The notes beneath the pieces are model-generated. The model was not told the origin of the DNA, searched no databases, and saw nothing but the letters and a program-made list of their open reading frames with translations. Of a stretch of DNA of 64,000 nucleotides, positions 37,386 through 50,988 are shown one piece after another (within the stretch, counting starts at the first letter, position 1; each line of letters opens with the position of its first letter). Source of the DNA: Eledone cirrhosa (lineage: Eukaryota); NCBI GenBank assembly GCA_964016885.1, contig OZ024740.1, positions 222,456,001 to 222,520,000 of the forward strand. Reading direction: 5' to 3'. Both the position numbers and the translations under genes were made by a program.

Positions 37386-40300
37386 ATCATCATCATCATC
37401 ATCCCCGGTTTATGTCCATTCTTCCATGCTAGCATGGGTTAGACGGGTTGTCCTGTTGTGGGCAATGTCAGGTCGGGTAACCTTCTCTTGCTCATAAGGG
37501 AAATGATTTTGGCTTGATTTCTACAGCTGGATGCCTTTCCTAACACCAACCTTATTTTTACTGTGAGTGCTTGGTGCTTTTTTTCCGTGGTGCCTAAACG
37601 TCCACTTTACAGTGGGGGCTGGGGGCTTTTTTGCCATGACACCTCATTTTGCTTTTATCACCTCATCCCAGGTCTTCTTGAGTCTCCCCACTCCGCGGTT
37701 TCCATCGACTTCTAGTGCTCTGCAGCTTTTTATGTAGCTATCATCCTTCATACGCATCACATGTCCATACCAACGCAACCGCCTCTCTTGCACACAGCAT
37801 TTGATTCCTCTTATGCTCAGTCTCTCTCTCAATTCATTTATGCTTTGCCGTTCGCGTATATTACTATTACACCTCCATCGGAGCATGGAGGCCTCGTTTC
37901 TTTCTAATCTACGTAAGTCTTCCACAGACAGCGCCCAGGTCTCACTACGATGTAACATTGCTGTTTGTATACACGCCTTTCATTTTGAGGGAAAAGCCTT
38001 TTGCAGCTAGAAGTGGCAGTAGCTCCTTGAACTTCTTCCATCCCGTTCTTACCCTACTTATTGTACTTTCCGAACACCCACCTCCGCTGCTAATTCGGTC
38101 ACCTAGGTAGCAGAAGCTGTCTACTGTTTCTATAGAGCATTCCCAGAGTTTGGTGGTACTTGTTTCCTATGGCTGTTTGCTGCTTGCTGTCCCAGCACAG
38201 CTGCTACATGTGAAGCCTACATTCTTAGTTAAGCTTCCTGAGATCCCGCTACATCTCTTGTGTACCCATTGTTTGCATTTGGGGCAGAGAATGGAGTTCC
38301 TACCTACACCTTTCCTACATACTGAGCAAGGCCATTTCCCTGAGGGGATCTGGGTTCTGTTTTCTCATCTACTTACAAGGACCTTAGTCTTTGTCATGTT
38401 GACTTTGAGACCCTTTCTTTCTAGTCCCTGCTTCCAAGTTTGGAATTTCTTCTCTAGTTCTACCATAGATTCAGCTTTAAGTGTGAGGTCATCTGCATAC
38501 AGGAGTTCCCATGGGCATCCGGTCTTAAACTCCTCCGTTATTGCCTGTAGGACTATGATGAACAGGAGAGGGCTAAGAACAGAGCCCTGGTGGACACCGA
38601 CCTGTATGCTAAATTCCTCGCTATAGCCATTGCTAATCCTAACTTTGCTGAGGGTTCCCTTATACATGGCTTGTACAGCTTTCACAAGCCATTCATCTAC
38701 TAGTGCTCTAAGAGACAACCCGATTATAGCACGGGGAACTCTGTCAAAGACTTTCTCGAGATCAATGAATGCCAGGTAGAGAGGCTTACTTTTAACTAGT
38801 TTTACCTGGTCCCTAATCAACTGTGCTATAACTCTTTCTGTTACTTTCATGACCTGGTCCATCTGCTTTATACCTCTATAGTTTCCTCTATCTAGTGCAT
38901 CACCTTTACCCTTGTAGCAGTTGACAATGATGCTACTGCACCAATCTTTTGGTATGACACCTTCTAGTATTACCTGGTTGACAATACGTGTGGTTATGGT
39001 GTGACCTACCGACCCAGATGCCTTCAGCATCTTGGCAGCTATACTCGATAGACTGGTTGCCTTCCCCGTCTTCATATCTTTGATTGTCTTACTTACTACG
39101 CTGCTGCTGACTTGTACTGCTAGCCCCTCTATAGGGTCTACTTGGGGTAGGGTCTCTTTTTCCCATTCATTCTCCTCATTTAGTAATCTATCATAATGTC
39201 TCTTCCACGCATCTTTCTTCTCAGCACTTGTGAGGGCAAGCCCACCTTTATCATTCCGGATACACCTCTCTCCAATGACATCACAATTCTCTCTGACACA
39301 CTGCCTTGCAATCTTGAACAGCTCATGTTTCTGGTCCTTACGTTGCAAAACATGCTTGAATTTTCTATCCTCTGCTTCCCTCCAGGCTAAGTATACTTGT
39401 CGCCTAACTTCCCTCCTGGTCTCTATGTAATGCACACTGCTTCCTCCATTCTTCCATTCTTTCCATGCCTGTCTCTTGGCCTTAACTGCCTCATCTACCT
39501 TATTGTTCCACCACCAAGTCACTGTCCTCCTGCCTGTGGTCTTACTCCAGCCACAGATCTCATCCGTCGCCTTTAGTAAGTTACTTTTAGGAAATCCCAG
39601 TGCTCTTCTACATTGAATGTCTCTATCTGTTCTTCTTTACTGTCATAGGAGTTGAGTAAAATATCTTTAAATCTGTTACTGGCTGAGGGGTCTTTCAGTT
39701 TCCAGATCTTTCTTCTCCAGGTTGACTTCTGTTTCCAGGTTCTAGTTCTGACCGTGAGGTCGCTGACAACTAAGCTATATTGGGAGGTACATTCCTCACA
39801 AGTGAAGGCTTTTGTGCTTACAACCGTCCATCTGTCACGTCCTCTGATGAGGATACAATCTATCTGACTAGAATGCTCCCCTGATCTATAGGTAATCAGA
39901 TGGTTGTCAGGTTTTTTGAAGTTTGTGTTACATATCGACATGTCATTGGCATCACAGAATTCTAGAAGCCTGAGGCCTTCTTCATTTCATGTGCCAACAC
40001 CATGGCCTCCATAGACTCTATAGAAGCTGTCACGGTGTTTACCTACGTGTCCATTAAAATCTCCTGCAATGATTAGGAAGTCATTGTCGTTTGTTAGAGC
40101 AATAGTGTGCCTTAGGGACTCGTAAAACATGTCCTTAAGTTCGTCTGGCAACCCCGACTGGGTGCGTAAGCTGATATTATTGTGGTAATTGTTTTATTCA
40201 GGACTAGTCTGAGTTTAATGATTCTGCATTCACCCTGTTCACTGAGATTACCTTATCTACCCACTTGTCAGCTAGTAGGATACCTACACCACCCATCCCA

Positions 40301-40860
40301 TCGTCATTTCCCACCCAGAAAAATTTGTAGCACTGACTTTTTCCTACAAAGACTCTAGCAGACTCTCCTCTCCATCTAGTCTCTTGCACACAGCATACAT
40401 CAATTTCCTTTCGCTCTAGCATCTCTACAATTTCTCCTGCTCTTCCTTTCATTGTGCTTACATTGACGGTTCTAACTCAGAGTTTTGGGCATTTGTCAAC
40501 ATTCGTGGGAAAGGGTAGATCTTTGCAGGGGTGTGTGTATGCTTCCTGTCTCTGAATTGAAGCTTCGAATGGGTGCTTGGTAGCTCGCGGATTCATATTC
40601 ATATTCATTTATTAGTCTTTCGAAGGGAGTAGATGACTTCGTAGAGACAGCAAAATGATAAATACAATTATAATAATGTAAGAGAGAGGAAGGGAGTAGA
40701 TGATTTCGTAAAGAGACAGCCATAGTGGCAGCATGGGAAAAGAAAACGAGGGTAAAAAATAAATATGTGTTGTCGAGGCTAGTGAGATGATAAATACAAC
40801 AATAATTCTAATAATAGTGTGAGCGGAACATTTGCAATTGGGAAATAGTGGGATACCTGG
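37386..40860 (-). mobile_element. near full-length RTE-clade LINE (APE + RT), decayed
   Basis: APE: VNVSTMKGR, DVCCVQETRW, ISLRTQ/YAPQ-like segment, AGDFNGHVG, SQIDCIL; RT ORF 38365-39522 with LYADD; (GAT)n tail at 37386-37402. The 5' boundary is approximate. Confidence 0.93.
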
Positions 40861-41740
40861 AAGATATATATGGATGGCTGGAACATGGTTTAGCAGCTCT
40901 AGTGATTCATTTTAGCCTTTCAGAATCAAGTGTGTCTTATCTCTTGAAATGTGTGTATTTGTATTTGTTTTGTAATAGTCTTGATGCAAAACAAATATAA
41001 ATTGATTTTATATCAATTGTGCTCTTATAGTTTTCCATCAGCTAGATATTATTCATAAGGCAATGTTATTGTAGACGGCAGTAACACAAAGTGTTACACA
41101 GTAAGAGTGAATTCAAAACCATGTGGCAGTGAAATGAACTCATTTACATGAAGACCATGGCTTCACTTATATACAATACACAAAAAAAAATGCTTTCTAC
41201 ATATCTCACAATAGTTTAAGCAAACTTAAACTCTCTTCATTAAAAGATTTTTATCGACATTGAAATATTTTATATTTTCTAATCTAAAATATTTGTTGAA
41301 ATGTTAAGTCCACTGATAAAATATGTTTTGAAATATCTCATGCAAAAGATTTTTGGGGAATAATATGAAACCAAAATGTAACTTTTTCCATCAACATCAT
41401 CATCGCCGTTGCCTTTTATCTTTTCGGGTCAAGAAAAACAAGTACAAGTGATGTACTGGGGTTTTGATATAATCGACTATACCCTCCCTAACACACTATG
41501 TTTCTAATGGTAAATAAGTGTTACAAATATTATTTAACTTTATTTATTTTGGAAGAAAGGATACAGAACACAATTAAATGTTTTCATGTATTTACTTTCG
41601 AATTTCTAGGATGCAAGCTCATATTCTATCAGGATTTCCTTTACCTTTCATACTTCTATAGGTTCATTTACTTATCTACACCTCTTTCAGCAAATGTGCT
41701 GCTTTCTTCATATATCTTACATCATTATTATTATTAGGGT

Positions 41741-41923
41741 GGTGGATTGGCAGTATCAGTAGAGAGTCGGACGCCATGCTTTCCAGCATAGTTATGCCCC
41801 TTTACGGTCTGAGTTCAAATCCCGCCGAGGTTAACTTTGCCTTTCATCCTTACGGGGTCGATAAAATAAAGCACCAGTAATGTACTGGGTAATTGCTGGC
41901 CTTGTGCCAAAAGTAGAAACAAT
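41741..41923 (+). mobile_element. full-length tRNA-derived SINE family A
   Basis: A-box-like tggcagtatcagtag, B box gagttcaaatcc, TSD attattattattagggt. Confidence 0.9.
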
Positions 41924-43879
41924 TATTATTATTAGGGTATAAAAATTTAATCTGGACATTCTGCAAAGATCAGAAAGAAATTAAACTGCTATGATTGTTA
42001 TTATTGTTTTTTTTATTGCATAGTCAAAAGTGAAAGTGCAGGGAAGCATCGATGACCTTTTTTTAAAGCTTCTGATATTACTGGAAGGAAAGGAGCAGGT
42101 AATTCTCAGACCAAAGTCCTAGCCTTAATGTTTGCAAAAGAGAGAGCTCTGTATGTTAAAGATACCAAAGAGCAAACACGCACTGGGCAATAGTGAATTA
42201 AGCTTACTACCTGCTTACAACTGTTGCAATCCAAATCCCAGTTTCTTAAGAAGACTGCATATGTGTACGCCTATGTGAATGTGTTGAGAGAGGGGGATGA
42301 GGGGTAGAGAGAGCAGGAAAAAGAGGGAAAATACCCATTTTATTTACATTCCAACTATCTTTTTATTCTAGCAGAGAAATATTTATGTTTCTATCAATAA
42401 AATCTATCAGGGCTCTTTTCTCCCTAATGTACTATTGGATATAGGAAAGTAAAATCACCACATTCTGCATAGTTTTTCGTCTTCCAGAAATGTATCTTTC
42501 TTCTAGTGAATCATCTTACTCATTATACTAGGGAAAGTGATAAATAACTTGAGTATTTTCTTTGCAATTGAGGCAAAATTAATACCATGAACATCTTTCA
42601 TCTAGTGGCTAGTACTTTCAAATCATGATTATTGATATTCAAAGAAATATATTTCGTTTTCTTTTCTTTCTTCCTTTTACTTTTTCTTTCCAGTCAGCTT
42701 TAATTTCTTCACTACTAACTGCCTTTGATTGCCAAATTTTATTGAATATTTTCTTTTATTACCTTCATCAATATGATTTTTCTGATATTAAAGTAAATAC
42801 GATCAAAGTAATTTACACAGGAACAAGAGGAGCAAATGAAAAGCTGTTTCAACACCTCTGTGTTAACCCTTGTCTCAATGGCTGACATGTTTCAAAAGAA
42901 AGTTTATTCCTACCACATGTGATTTATAGCCATAACGATAAGCGAGGAAAATGAGATTTAATGAAATTCTTCTTAATAATCATATCTAGAGATGGAGAAG
43001 TGGTAGGGTGTGGGGATAAACACGGATATCATAACTATTTGGTTGTATGACTGCGACCCAATGTCTTTGATTACTCACCAGGAATTTATTGATATTTTTG
43101 TTCCTTTGAAGTATTAAGATGTATTATTGCAGCCAGAAATGAACTATAATTTTAAAATATTTACATTCAATACTTATAATTTGATAAATATATATAGGTT
43201 ATAGATAATCTGTCTGAAAACCATCTTTAATTAAAATTGTTTACACTCTTTGTTATTAAAAATGTATCATTGTTAAAATATTATCATCAATAAAATTATT
43301 TTTCCATGAATAATTATGAAAAGTGGGTGTCATGTGGTGTTAGGTAAATTGTTTCATGTTTAAAGTACATCGATCATTGTCTGAGCTAGAGTTAATATTT
43401 CACACAGTGTGAAGATTGAAACCATAAGCCTATCATAAGTTATTCTCAATAAAGTTTCTATGATAGATTTATATAGTTTTGTAAAACAAACCATGAAATA
43501 TTAAAACCTGGTGATATATATAGCAATAAGTGAATGGCTAAGAGAAAAAATATTATTAACCCTTTCAATAATTATCTGCCAATATCTTCTTCAAAGTTAC
43601 AAAAATGTCCATTTTAAAGAGTTCATATTTAAATGAAAACCTATCAACATTATTTTATACAAGAAGGTTTGCTAAGTCATATTCTTAAAAAGTCATATTC
43701 TTAAAAAGTTCTAAAAGAAAAAAATAGTATTTAACTAATCCCTCCAAGAGTTTCATTATTTTCAAAATTAATTGATATGTAATGCATTTCATCAGAAATA
43801 TGATCATAGATGGGTTAAGTGACACTGATTTTCACTATATAATGTTATAACGAATTGTTCATTATATATATATGTCAAT

Positions 43880-44043
43880 GTGGTTGGTGTTAGGAACGGC
43901 ATCCAGCTGTAGAAAACCAGCCAGAACACCCCTATATGAGTGAGACACGGTCACTCGAACTAACTTGCATCTAAATGGAATCCATCTAACCCATGCTAGT
44001 GTGGAATATGAACGTTAAATAATGTTGATGATGATGATGATGA
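43880..44043 (+). mobile_element. RTE-related 3' end fragment
   Basis: ggttggtgttaggaa.ggcatccagctgtagaaa...ctaacccatgctag..tggaa followed by (GAT)n. Confidence 0.75.
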
Positions 44044-44311
44044 TAAATATATATCAGCCGGATGGCTAGAACAAGTAAAAGAGTAAAAAAGTAGCTGATG
44101 ACTCAGAGAAAAGAGAACTCAATAACAAAGTAGAGTTCAACTATTCATTTATTAAGGTTAAATAGAGATTTTCACTATTTGGACTTAATATATGAATATA
44201 TATATATATGTATATATATAAATGTGTATATATATATATATATATATGCAAGCGTGGAAGATGGAAGATAAACGATGATGATGATGATGATGATGATGAT
44301 ATATATATATA

Positions 44312-44632
44312 ATCATTTTACGTCTGCTTTTCCCTGCTTGCAAGGGTGGGATGGGAACTGATTCTGGCTTGATTTCTACAGCTGGATGCCCTTCCTAACA
44401 CCAACCTCATTTACAGTGAGTGCTGCGTGCTTTTTTTCTGTGGTGCCTACACGTCCACTTTAAGTGTGGGCTGGGTGCTTTTTTGCTGTGGCACCTCCAA
44501 GACCACTTTGCAGGAGCAATGTAAAATACAGTGTCTTGCTCAAGGAAATAACACATCACCTGGTCTGAGAATTGAACTCACAACCTTTCGATTGCAAGGC
44601 CAATGCTCTAACCACTAAGGCATGTGCCTCCA
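44312..44632 (-). mobile_element. SINE with tRNA-like head and RTE 3' UTR tail
   Basis: Head at 44515-44632 (tagtggttagagcattgg...gagttcaattctc); 44312-44510 matches the RTE 3' UTR at 26315-26560. Confidence 0.75.
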
Positions 44633-44664
44633 TAAATATATATATATATATATAGAGAGAGAGA

Positions 44665-44990
44665 TTTTGAGTATATGTTGGTTGTTTACCGACACCTCAG
44701 TATGCAGATTGGAGCACTCAACAAAGTATGGAGTTTGGTTTGTTCACTCTGGAGTAATGTAAAATAATTAAATCAAATATGTAAAATTTGACTTTGTTTA
44801 TTATAAATTATAGATTTACTGCTATATATATTTCGGTGACAGCCATCATTGGCTGTGACCTCTTCAGGCAGTCCAATTGGTGTGGTAGAGACAGGTAGAC
44901 ATGTTGTTGAAGTGTGTTTTACTCCGTCAATACATCGATATGTCCAGCTCCTGGTTGTGTTGTTATTCCTCTGAGGAACTGGAATCATAT
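44665..44990 (-). mobile_element. solo ~325-bp copy of the Penelope terminal region with hammerhead ribozyme (44818-44872)
   Basis: Homologous to 36220-36535; ACTGC-CTGAAGA-GGTCACAGCCA atga TGGCTGTCACC-GAAA-TATATA-TA-GCAGT; flanked by (TA)n. Confidence 0.85.
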
Positions 44991-45004
44991 CATATATATA
45001 TATA

Positions 45005-45320
45005 TTAACTGGCACTCTGTCGGTTATGATGATGAGTGTTCCAATTAATCCAATTAATGAAACAGCCTGCTTGTGAAACTAACGTGTAAGTGGCTGAGCA
45101 TTCCACAGACACCTGTACACTTAACATAGTTCTCTGGGGGATTCAGTGTGACACCGAACGTGATATGGCTGTCTTTTTGAATTACAGGTACAACTGACCT
45201 TTGCCACCTGAGTGGACTGGAGCAACGTGAAATAAAATGTCTTGATCAAGCACTGGGAATCGAACTTATGACCTTATGGTTGTGAGCCAAATGCCATAAC
45301 CATAAAGTCATGCACCTTCA
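45005..45320 (-). mobile_element. tRNA-derived SINE family B
   Basis: Head with agttcgattccc B box, followed by gacattttatttcacgttgctccagtccactcag core. Confidence 0.75.
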
Positions 45321-45362
45321 ATTTCAGTGAATAACCAAAGATTTTATAGTTCAAATTACTTT

Positions 45363-45488
45363 ATTTCTACGACCGTTTTGATTTGTCAAAATGCAATTGT
45401 AAACATCAATAACAATTTACAGATTGATTAATTAATTGTTTAAATCAACAAACATGGCAATCACATTTCACAAACCTCCTCAGGAAAT
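45363..45488 (-). ncRNA. decayed hammerhead motif with a long branched stem II
   Basis: ATTTC-CTGAGGA-GGTTTGT...ACAAATC-AAAA(for GAAA)-CGGTCG-TA-GAAAT. Confidence 0.55.
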
Positions 45489-45660
45489 GAATTTTAGATT
45501 TAGAGAATAAATTTTATATTTGGAGAAGAAATTTTAGATTTGGAGAATAAATGTCCCAATTACCATGTAGGCATGAGATAACTAAATGACAGAAATAAAG
45601 CTGAAGCAAGTTTTGAATGCAAATGTGAGAGATACATAAGCAAAGTTACAAAGAACATTA

Positions 45661-45837
45661 ATTGTTTCTACTTTAGGCACAAGGCCAGCAATTACCCAGT
45701 GCATTACTGGTACTTTATTTTATCGACCCCGTAAGGATGAAAGGCAAAGTCAACCTCGGCGGGATTTGAACTCAGATCGTAAAGGGACGTAACTATGTTG
45801 GAAAGCATGGCGTCCGACTCTATACCGATACTGCCAA
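45661..45837 (-). mobile_element. SINE family A
   Basis: Homologous to 41741-41923; TSD aaagaacattaat. Confidence 0.9.
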
Positions 45838-46029
45838 AAGAACATTAATGCAATGCGATTTAAGCAATAAAGATGTATAATGTGTCCATATGCTGTAATC
45901 ACTGTTCCTGTATCCAAATACAAGTATAATATACTTACAGTTTGCTAACATGCCATAGTGCATTCATTTGAACGTGTCTCACAAGAAGTAGCTAATGGAT
46001 TAAAATAACTTTACCCCACCACATTTGGA

Positions 46030-47190
46030 TAGAATAGATACCCATTTAGTTTAGACATAGTTTCCAGTCTACACTTCTGTCCCCACCTCCACAGCCATCA
46101 ACTTAATCATGGAAAATATCATCGCCTATACCGTCCTCAGTTGCAGACATCTGTGAATTGCTCTCTATCATCATGTGTAACACCTTTGTCCAGTTTGAGG
46201 GCTCCATATACAAACAAATCTCAGGACTTCTAATGGGATCGAGTCATTCAGGCCTGCTGATCATCATGTACATGGACCAGTTGGGGTGCACAGTACTCAC
46301 CACCTGGTGCTCTTGCTCCTTCTTCTCCAGGTACATAGATGACATCCTTATGCTAACTTCATCACGTAAAGAAGCCATTAAGATCTACAACATTTTTGAA
46401 AACATTGACGCACGCATAAAACCTGAGGTTGATCATCCAGAAACCACTGGATCCCTCTTTCTACTCATTTTTACATTAAGAATCACAGAGGAGGGCTCCA
46501 TATATATATATATACCAAATTGTACAGGAAGGATGCCTGCAGAGATATTCTTGTACACTAAAACTCAGCCCTTCCCTACAGAACAGCCTATATAGGGAAT
46601 AAGATCTCCCAGATATGCAACAGATGAAGCAAGGGTAGTGATAGTCATGCCAGCATAGTGGAATTCCAAAGATTTCTCACCAAAAACGGCTACATTACTT
46701 TTCTCACCAAAAACTGAAATGCCACGGCAGCAGCATATAAAATAACAAAAGGACATGTGCCCCCAAGGTTAACATATGCTACCTAAACCTGTCACATTCC
46801 AATGAAAAGATGACAGCTGCCATCAGACAAGCCAACCATAGGGAGGGACTGAATATATGCCTGGCACGTTTGGGACCCTCATTGAGGAGGCTGCTCCACA
46901 GACTCCAACCAATATACAGCTGCATATTCACACTTCCAAATTGCAATATCAACAACGCAGAAGTATGCATAAGAGTGAAACTTATATAGCTCCTCATACA
47001 TTCAAAGAACCATAAGGAGTCTACATATATGGATCAAGGAACATCTGATAATAAGAGCCTCTTGCATTAAAAACCATCTTGACAGATGCTGAACTCAAGA
47101 TATTGAGGTCCCTATAGGATGACTGAAAGGAATTTGGGAAATTTAAGGATTAAGGAAGTCATTTTAATCAACCAAATAAAATCAAAGATA
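46030..47190 (+). mobile_element. degenerate Penelope-like RT relic (different family)
   Basis: FSLDIV, FVQFEGSIYKQISGLLMGS, SRYIDDILML in ORF 46158-46595; downstream extent approximate. Confidence 0.75.
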
Positions 47191-47848
47191 AATTATAGGT
47201 TAGAAATGCATGAGGCAGAATGGTTACTAGCATCCCTGCACATGCATATACATTTTTCAAACACATAGACCAGTTAAGGAAAACAACTCTGAAAACTCTG
47301 ATCGCTCATTAGTTTTGTCTTGGACAGTTTCAGCTTTGCATCTGAAAAGAGATTAATAACCATGAAATATACTAAAATAAACTGGGTAAAACATTACTTT
47401 GTTTTATTTTATATCATTTGTATCATATTGGTAATATATTTACTTTGTATGCATTTGCATAAAGAAAGCTATTCATTGTTACATAGAAAGTATAAAGATA
47501 TTTTATTTTACAATAATCAAATAGTAGGAATGCATTTGTGGTTAATGTGTTCTTATCACAAACAAATGGTTTGAATTCAGTTTTATTCTGTGGCAAATTG
47601 TGCAAGATTTTTGGAATATAGTCTTTGGTTGATCCAATGCCTTGTGAATGAAATGTGGATGACAGAAATTGGGCATAACCTCATCGTATATCATCATCAG
47701 CATCGTTTAATGTCTATTTTCCATGTTATCATGGGTTAGACGAGTTATCTCATTGTGAGACAAGTCAGGTTAGAAGTCCGTTTTTTGCTCACACAAAACT
47801 GATTTTGGCTTGGTTTCTACAGCTGGATGCGCTATTTAATGCCAACCC

Positions 47849-47894
<46 letters not shown>

Positions 47895-48414
47895 ACGTGC
47901 GTGTGTGTATGTGTGTATGTATGTGTGTGTGTGTGTGTATGTGTGAGAAAGGGTGTGATTTAAAAACATTTTTCTATATCCAAACTTGTATTTGGAAATG
48001 TAGAGATTGAGAAAACGTATGCCAGATATGTGTATCATATGATTAACTAAATCCTTTGATGGTGCTGCCCCAAAATGACTTCTGTCTGATGAGTGAGATG
48101 TGTAAAAGAATAAGAGAATATCAAGCTATTTAGCAGAAAATTAACTAGTTCAATAATAGATCATAGATATAGTCTTAACCAATATGTTGAATATTTCTAT
48201 GATCACATTTGTTACTATAGTTGATGATAAATTATCTGTCTACATATCATGAGATATAATAACCCTTTTGTTACTATATTTCTAAATTATATACTGCTTC
48301 TAATTTTGAATCAATTTTGAAAATAATCAGGAATTTCTTTGTTATATTTAAATTACTTATTGAGTTTTCATAATTAATTAAATGAATAATGAAAACAAAG
48401 GGGGTGGGATAATG

Positions 48415-48880
48415 AAGAGCAGATATAGCTGTATAGGAAAGTAAAAGAAAGGGCTATAAATGCCATAAATGAGAAGAACGGGGGGGAGGGGGGAAGAGCA
48501 AGGACTATTAGGCCATGAAAGAAAAACAGAGGGAAGGGAGAGGGTGACAGGCTTTACAGGTAGGTCTGGGTGGTGTTTTGGTTGCGCCTATAGATGAAAC
48601 TGCGAAGGTATTTCTTTGGACAATGGCCGGCATCATTCACTGCAGCAGCCACCCCACCTTGTGGGGCTCCTTCCTCAGACAAGCTGCTGATGTTCCAATT
48701 TTATGATGGAGCTTGGCTGTATGGGATCTGAGGTTGCCTGAGGTCTCAATGGCAGCTGGTGAAAAGAGGAAGTTGCCGGACAAGTCGCAGCATTTGCCTT
48801 TCTTCCTGTCCTTAGCATTGTGGGCCACAGTACCAGAATTTCTGTCTGAGGCAATTAAGTAGGAGGCAGAGAGCGTGACA
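48415..48880 (-). mobile_element. CRE-like RLE retrotransposon 3' fragment with 3' UTR
   Basis: K..KC.DL...FLFSPAAIETSG...LHHKIG...WLLQ...AIVQRN pattern; the UTR segment 48415-48515 recurs at ~4920-5010. Confidence 0.65.
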
Positions 48881-50009
48881 TTATTTGAAAGGATTTAAAA
48901 ATATAACTAACTTCCTCATTATTAAGCTAGTGTTTGGAACATAACATTTCAGATGGCTTAGATTCACAGGGGTTACATTGTTGTATTTGTGGTGCATTCA
49001 ACTACTTCAGGTCAGTAACAAAAGAATTAGATAGTCAAGTGGTTGCCATTAAAATGAACAGATGCTACAATGAACTATTATTTAATGCATAGAATTTCTG
49101 TTGCATGACAGTCTTTATGCATATAATTAAATATATATGAGAGTTTTGATGTTTATCATTTCAAGGTGAAGATATCACAATAAATTCAATAGTAATTCTT
49201 CAGCACACCTTCACCTTCATTTACTAGATGCTAGTAAAGATATTTCCTGTTCTAAGAAGTAGCAGTAATGTCCAATTGATGTGTATTTAGTCAGCATGTG
49301 TGTTGAGTTTTGATGTGTTTCTGTTCATTCCTTTGCAGTCTCAATTTACTCTCAGAATATAGTTGCATGAGAACAACATATAATGCAACGAAAACTGTCT
49401 TCTCTCAATACAAAAACAGAGTGGCATTTATGACAGGTTCGAAACAAAAGGTTGCTATCTAATTGCCTTTTGAGTGTGTTTTTAAAAATTTTCAAATGTC
49501 AGCTGCTTCTCCTAGGACCCCATCTGTTGCCCCTCTTCACACATAGTTAGTATGACACTATTCTGTGGTGGAACTTTGCTGTCATCCATGTTCTGCTGTT
49601 GATGTTGCTATAAGCTGCACTCGCTTTTTATCAGTTTCCACATAGTCACAGTTGGTTGTAGCTGCAGAAGTAAATGTCCTCTCCTGGTTAGCTCCTGGAA
49701 ATGAGAAGCAATTTTTCTCTGCCGTCTCTAGAGTTATCCTCTATGTAGTCACCCCCCCCCCCACACACACAGACACAGTGCTGCCCTAAGAGAAACAGCC
49801 ACTGTTGCTTGTTGCTATTATCATCCTCCATTTCATCATCATATTTTACACCAGTTTCTCCATGCTTCCATGAGATGGGAAAGTCTTTTCTCACACAGTT
49901 TCCCTTGACTCACTGTATTCCCTCATCATCCCCTTTTTTAAGTCCTGTGCCTTGAGATCTTCTCTCATGCCCTGACAATCATTTTGCTTTCGAGCATATA
50001 TTTACATAC

Positions 50010-50150
50010 ATTTATGTTCTGAGTTTGAATGAAGCCAAGGTTAGCTTTGCCTTTCATCCTTACAGGTTTGATAAATTAAAGCACTGGGGTTGATTTAATT
50101 GACTTTCCCCACACAATTTCGGTCTTGTGCCTAAATTAGAAATTATTATT
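50010..50150 (+). mobile_element. degenerate SINE family A-related copy
   Basis: ctgagtttgaat...ctttgcctttcatccttac...gcactggggttgatttaattgac. Confidence 0.65.
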
Positions 50151-50904
50151 AAAACGAATGTTGATTATTTTGATAATTAAAAACATAATGGTTATACATT
50201 CTTCTTAGAAATACCCATGCTTGCGTGGAAAAGTGGATGTTAAATCATGATGATGATAATTGGTCATAAATAAGCTAACCAACAACAATGACTATTTTTT
50301 ATTCTATTGGTCCCAGAAAGGTGAATGACCCATCAACCAACAAGTGTTAAAACTCAAAACAAATTGAATTAATTGCACACCCAATCTCACCCTACTCCCA
50401 CCACTACTGCGTTTTTATATTTAATCATTTTACAATAAATTGTTTTCTATAAAACGTACTAGTGGGAATTTTCAAAGAGTTATTTTTATTCCATTCTTGT
50501 GAAACAGTTAGACAGTGAGAAAAAGGAACATGTAAAACCAAAATATCCTTGAAACTATTGTTTTAGTCTCATTAGTATTACCATCTAAAGAAGAAAAAGT
50601 TTTATTTTTAAATATTGACCTTATTTTGTAGATATATACATTGAGAGTTAAATATGACATGAGATTTTTTTTCTCACAATTTGCTAATTAATTATTCATT
50701 ATATATTACACGTATCTGAAAATTGCGCATTTGTAAATGAAATGTATGTGTTTTAATGAGTATGTATATATGTGTGTCTGTATGTAAATATATTTGATAC
50801 AAGCACACCCCAACTTACACATAAATGTGTGTATATTTATATTCATACATATATGCATGTATTAAATTCTATTGTTTTTTGCTCTTGATTTTCCCAATAC
50901 ACAG

Positions 50905-50988
50905 GTGTTAATTGAGGTATAAATATGAACTGAAACTGAGAGACTTCGTAGGTTATACTAAGAATCAGCTACCAGTACTTGCTGTTTG
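50905..50988 (+). other. candidate non-coding (5' UTR) exon
   Basis: Pyrimidine tract plus cag acceptor and G|gtaagt donor; stops in all three frames. Confidence 0.4.

Noticed and set aside
41741-41830. tRNA gene
   Set aside because: A/B boxes are present but there is no clean cloverleaf; it is the head of a multi-copy SINE with a TSD.
49150-49990. CACTA/EnSpm-like transposase relic on the minus strand (RWGP, FENF peptides)
   Set aside because: Only two short motifs in different frames; insufficient evidence.
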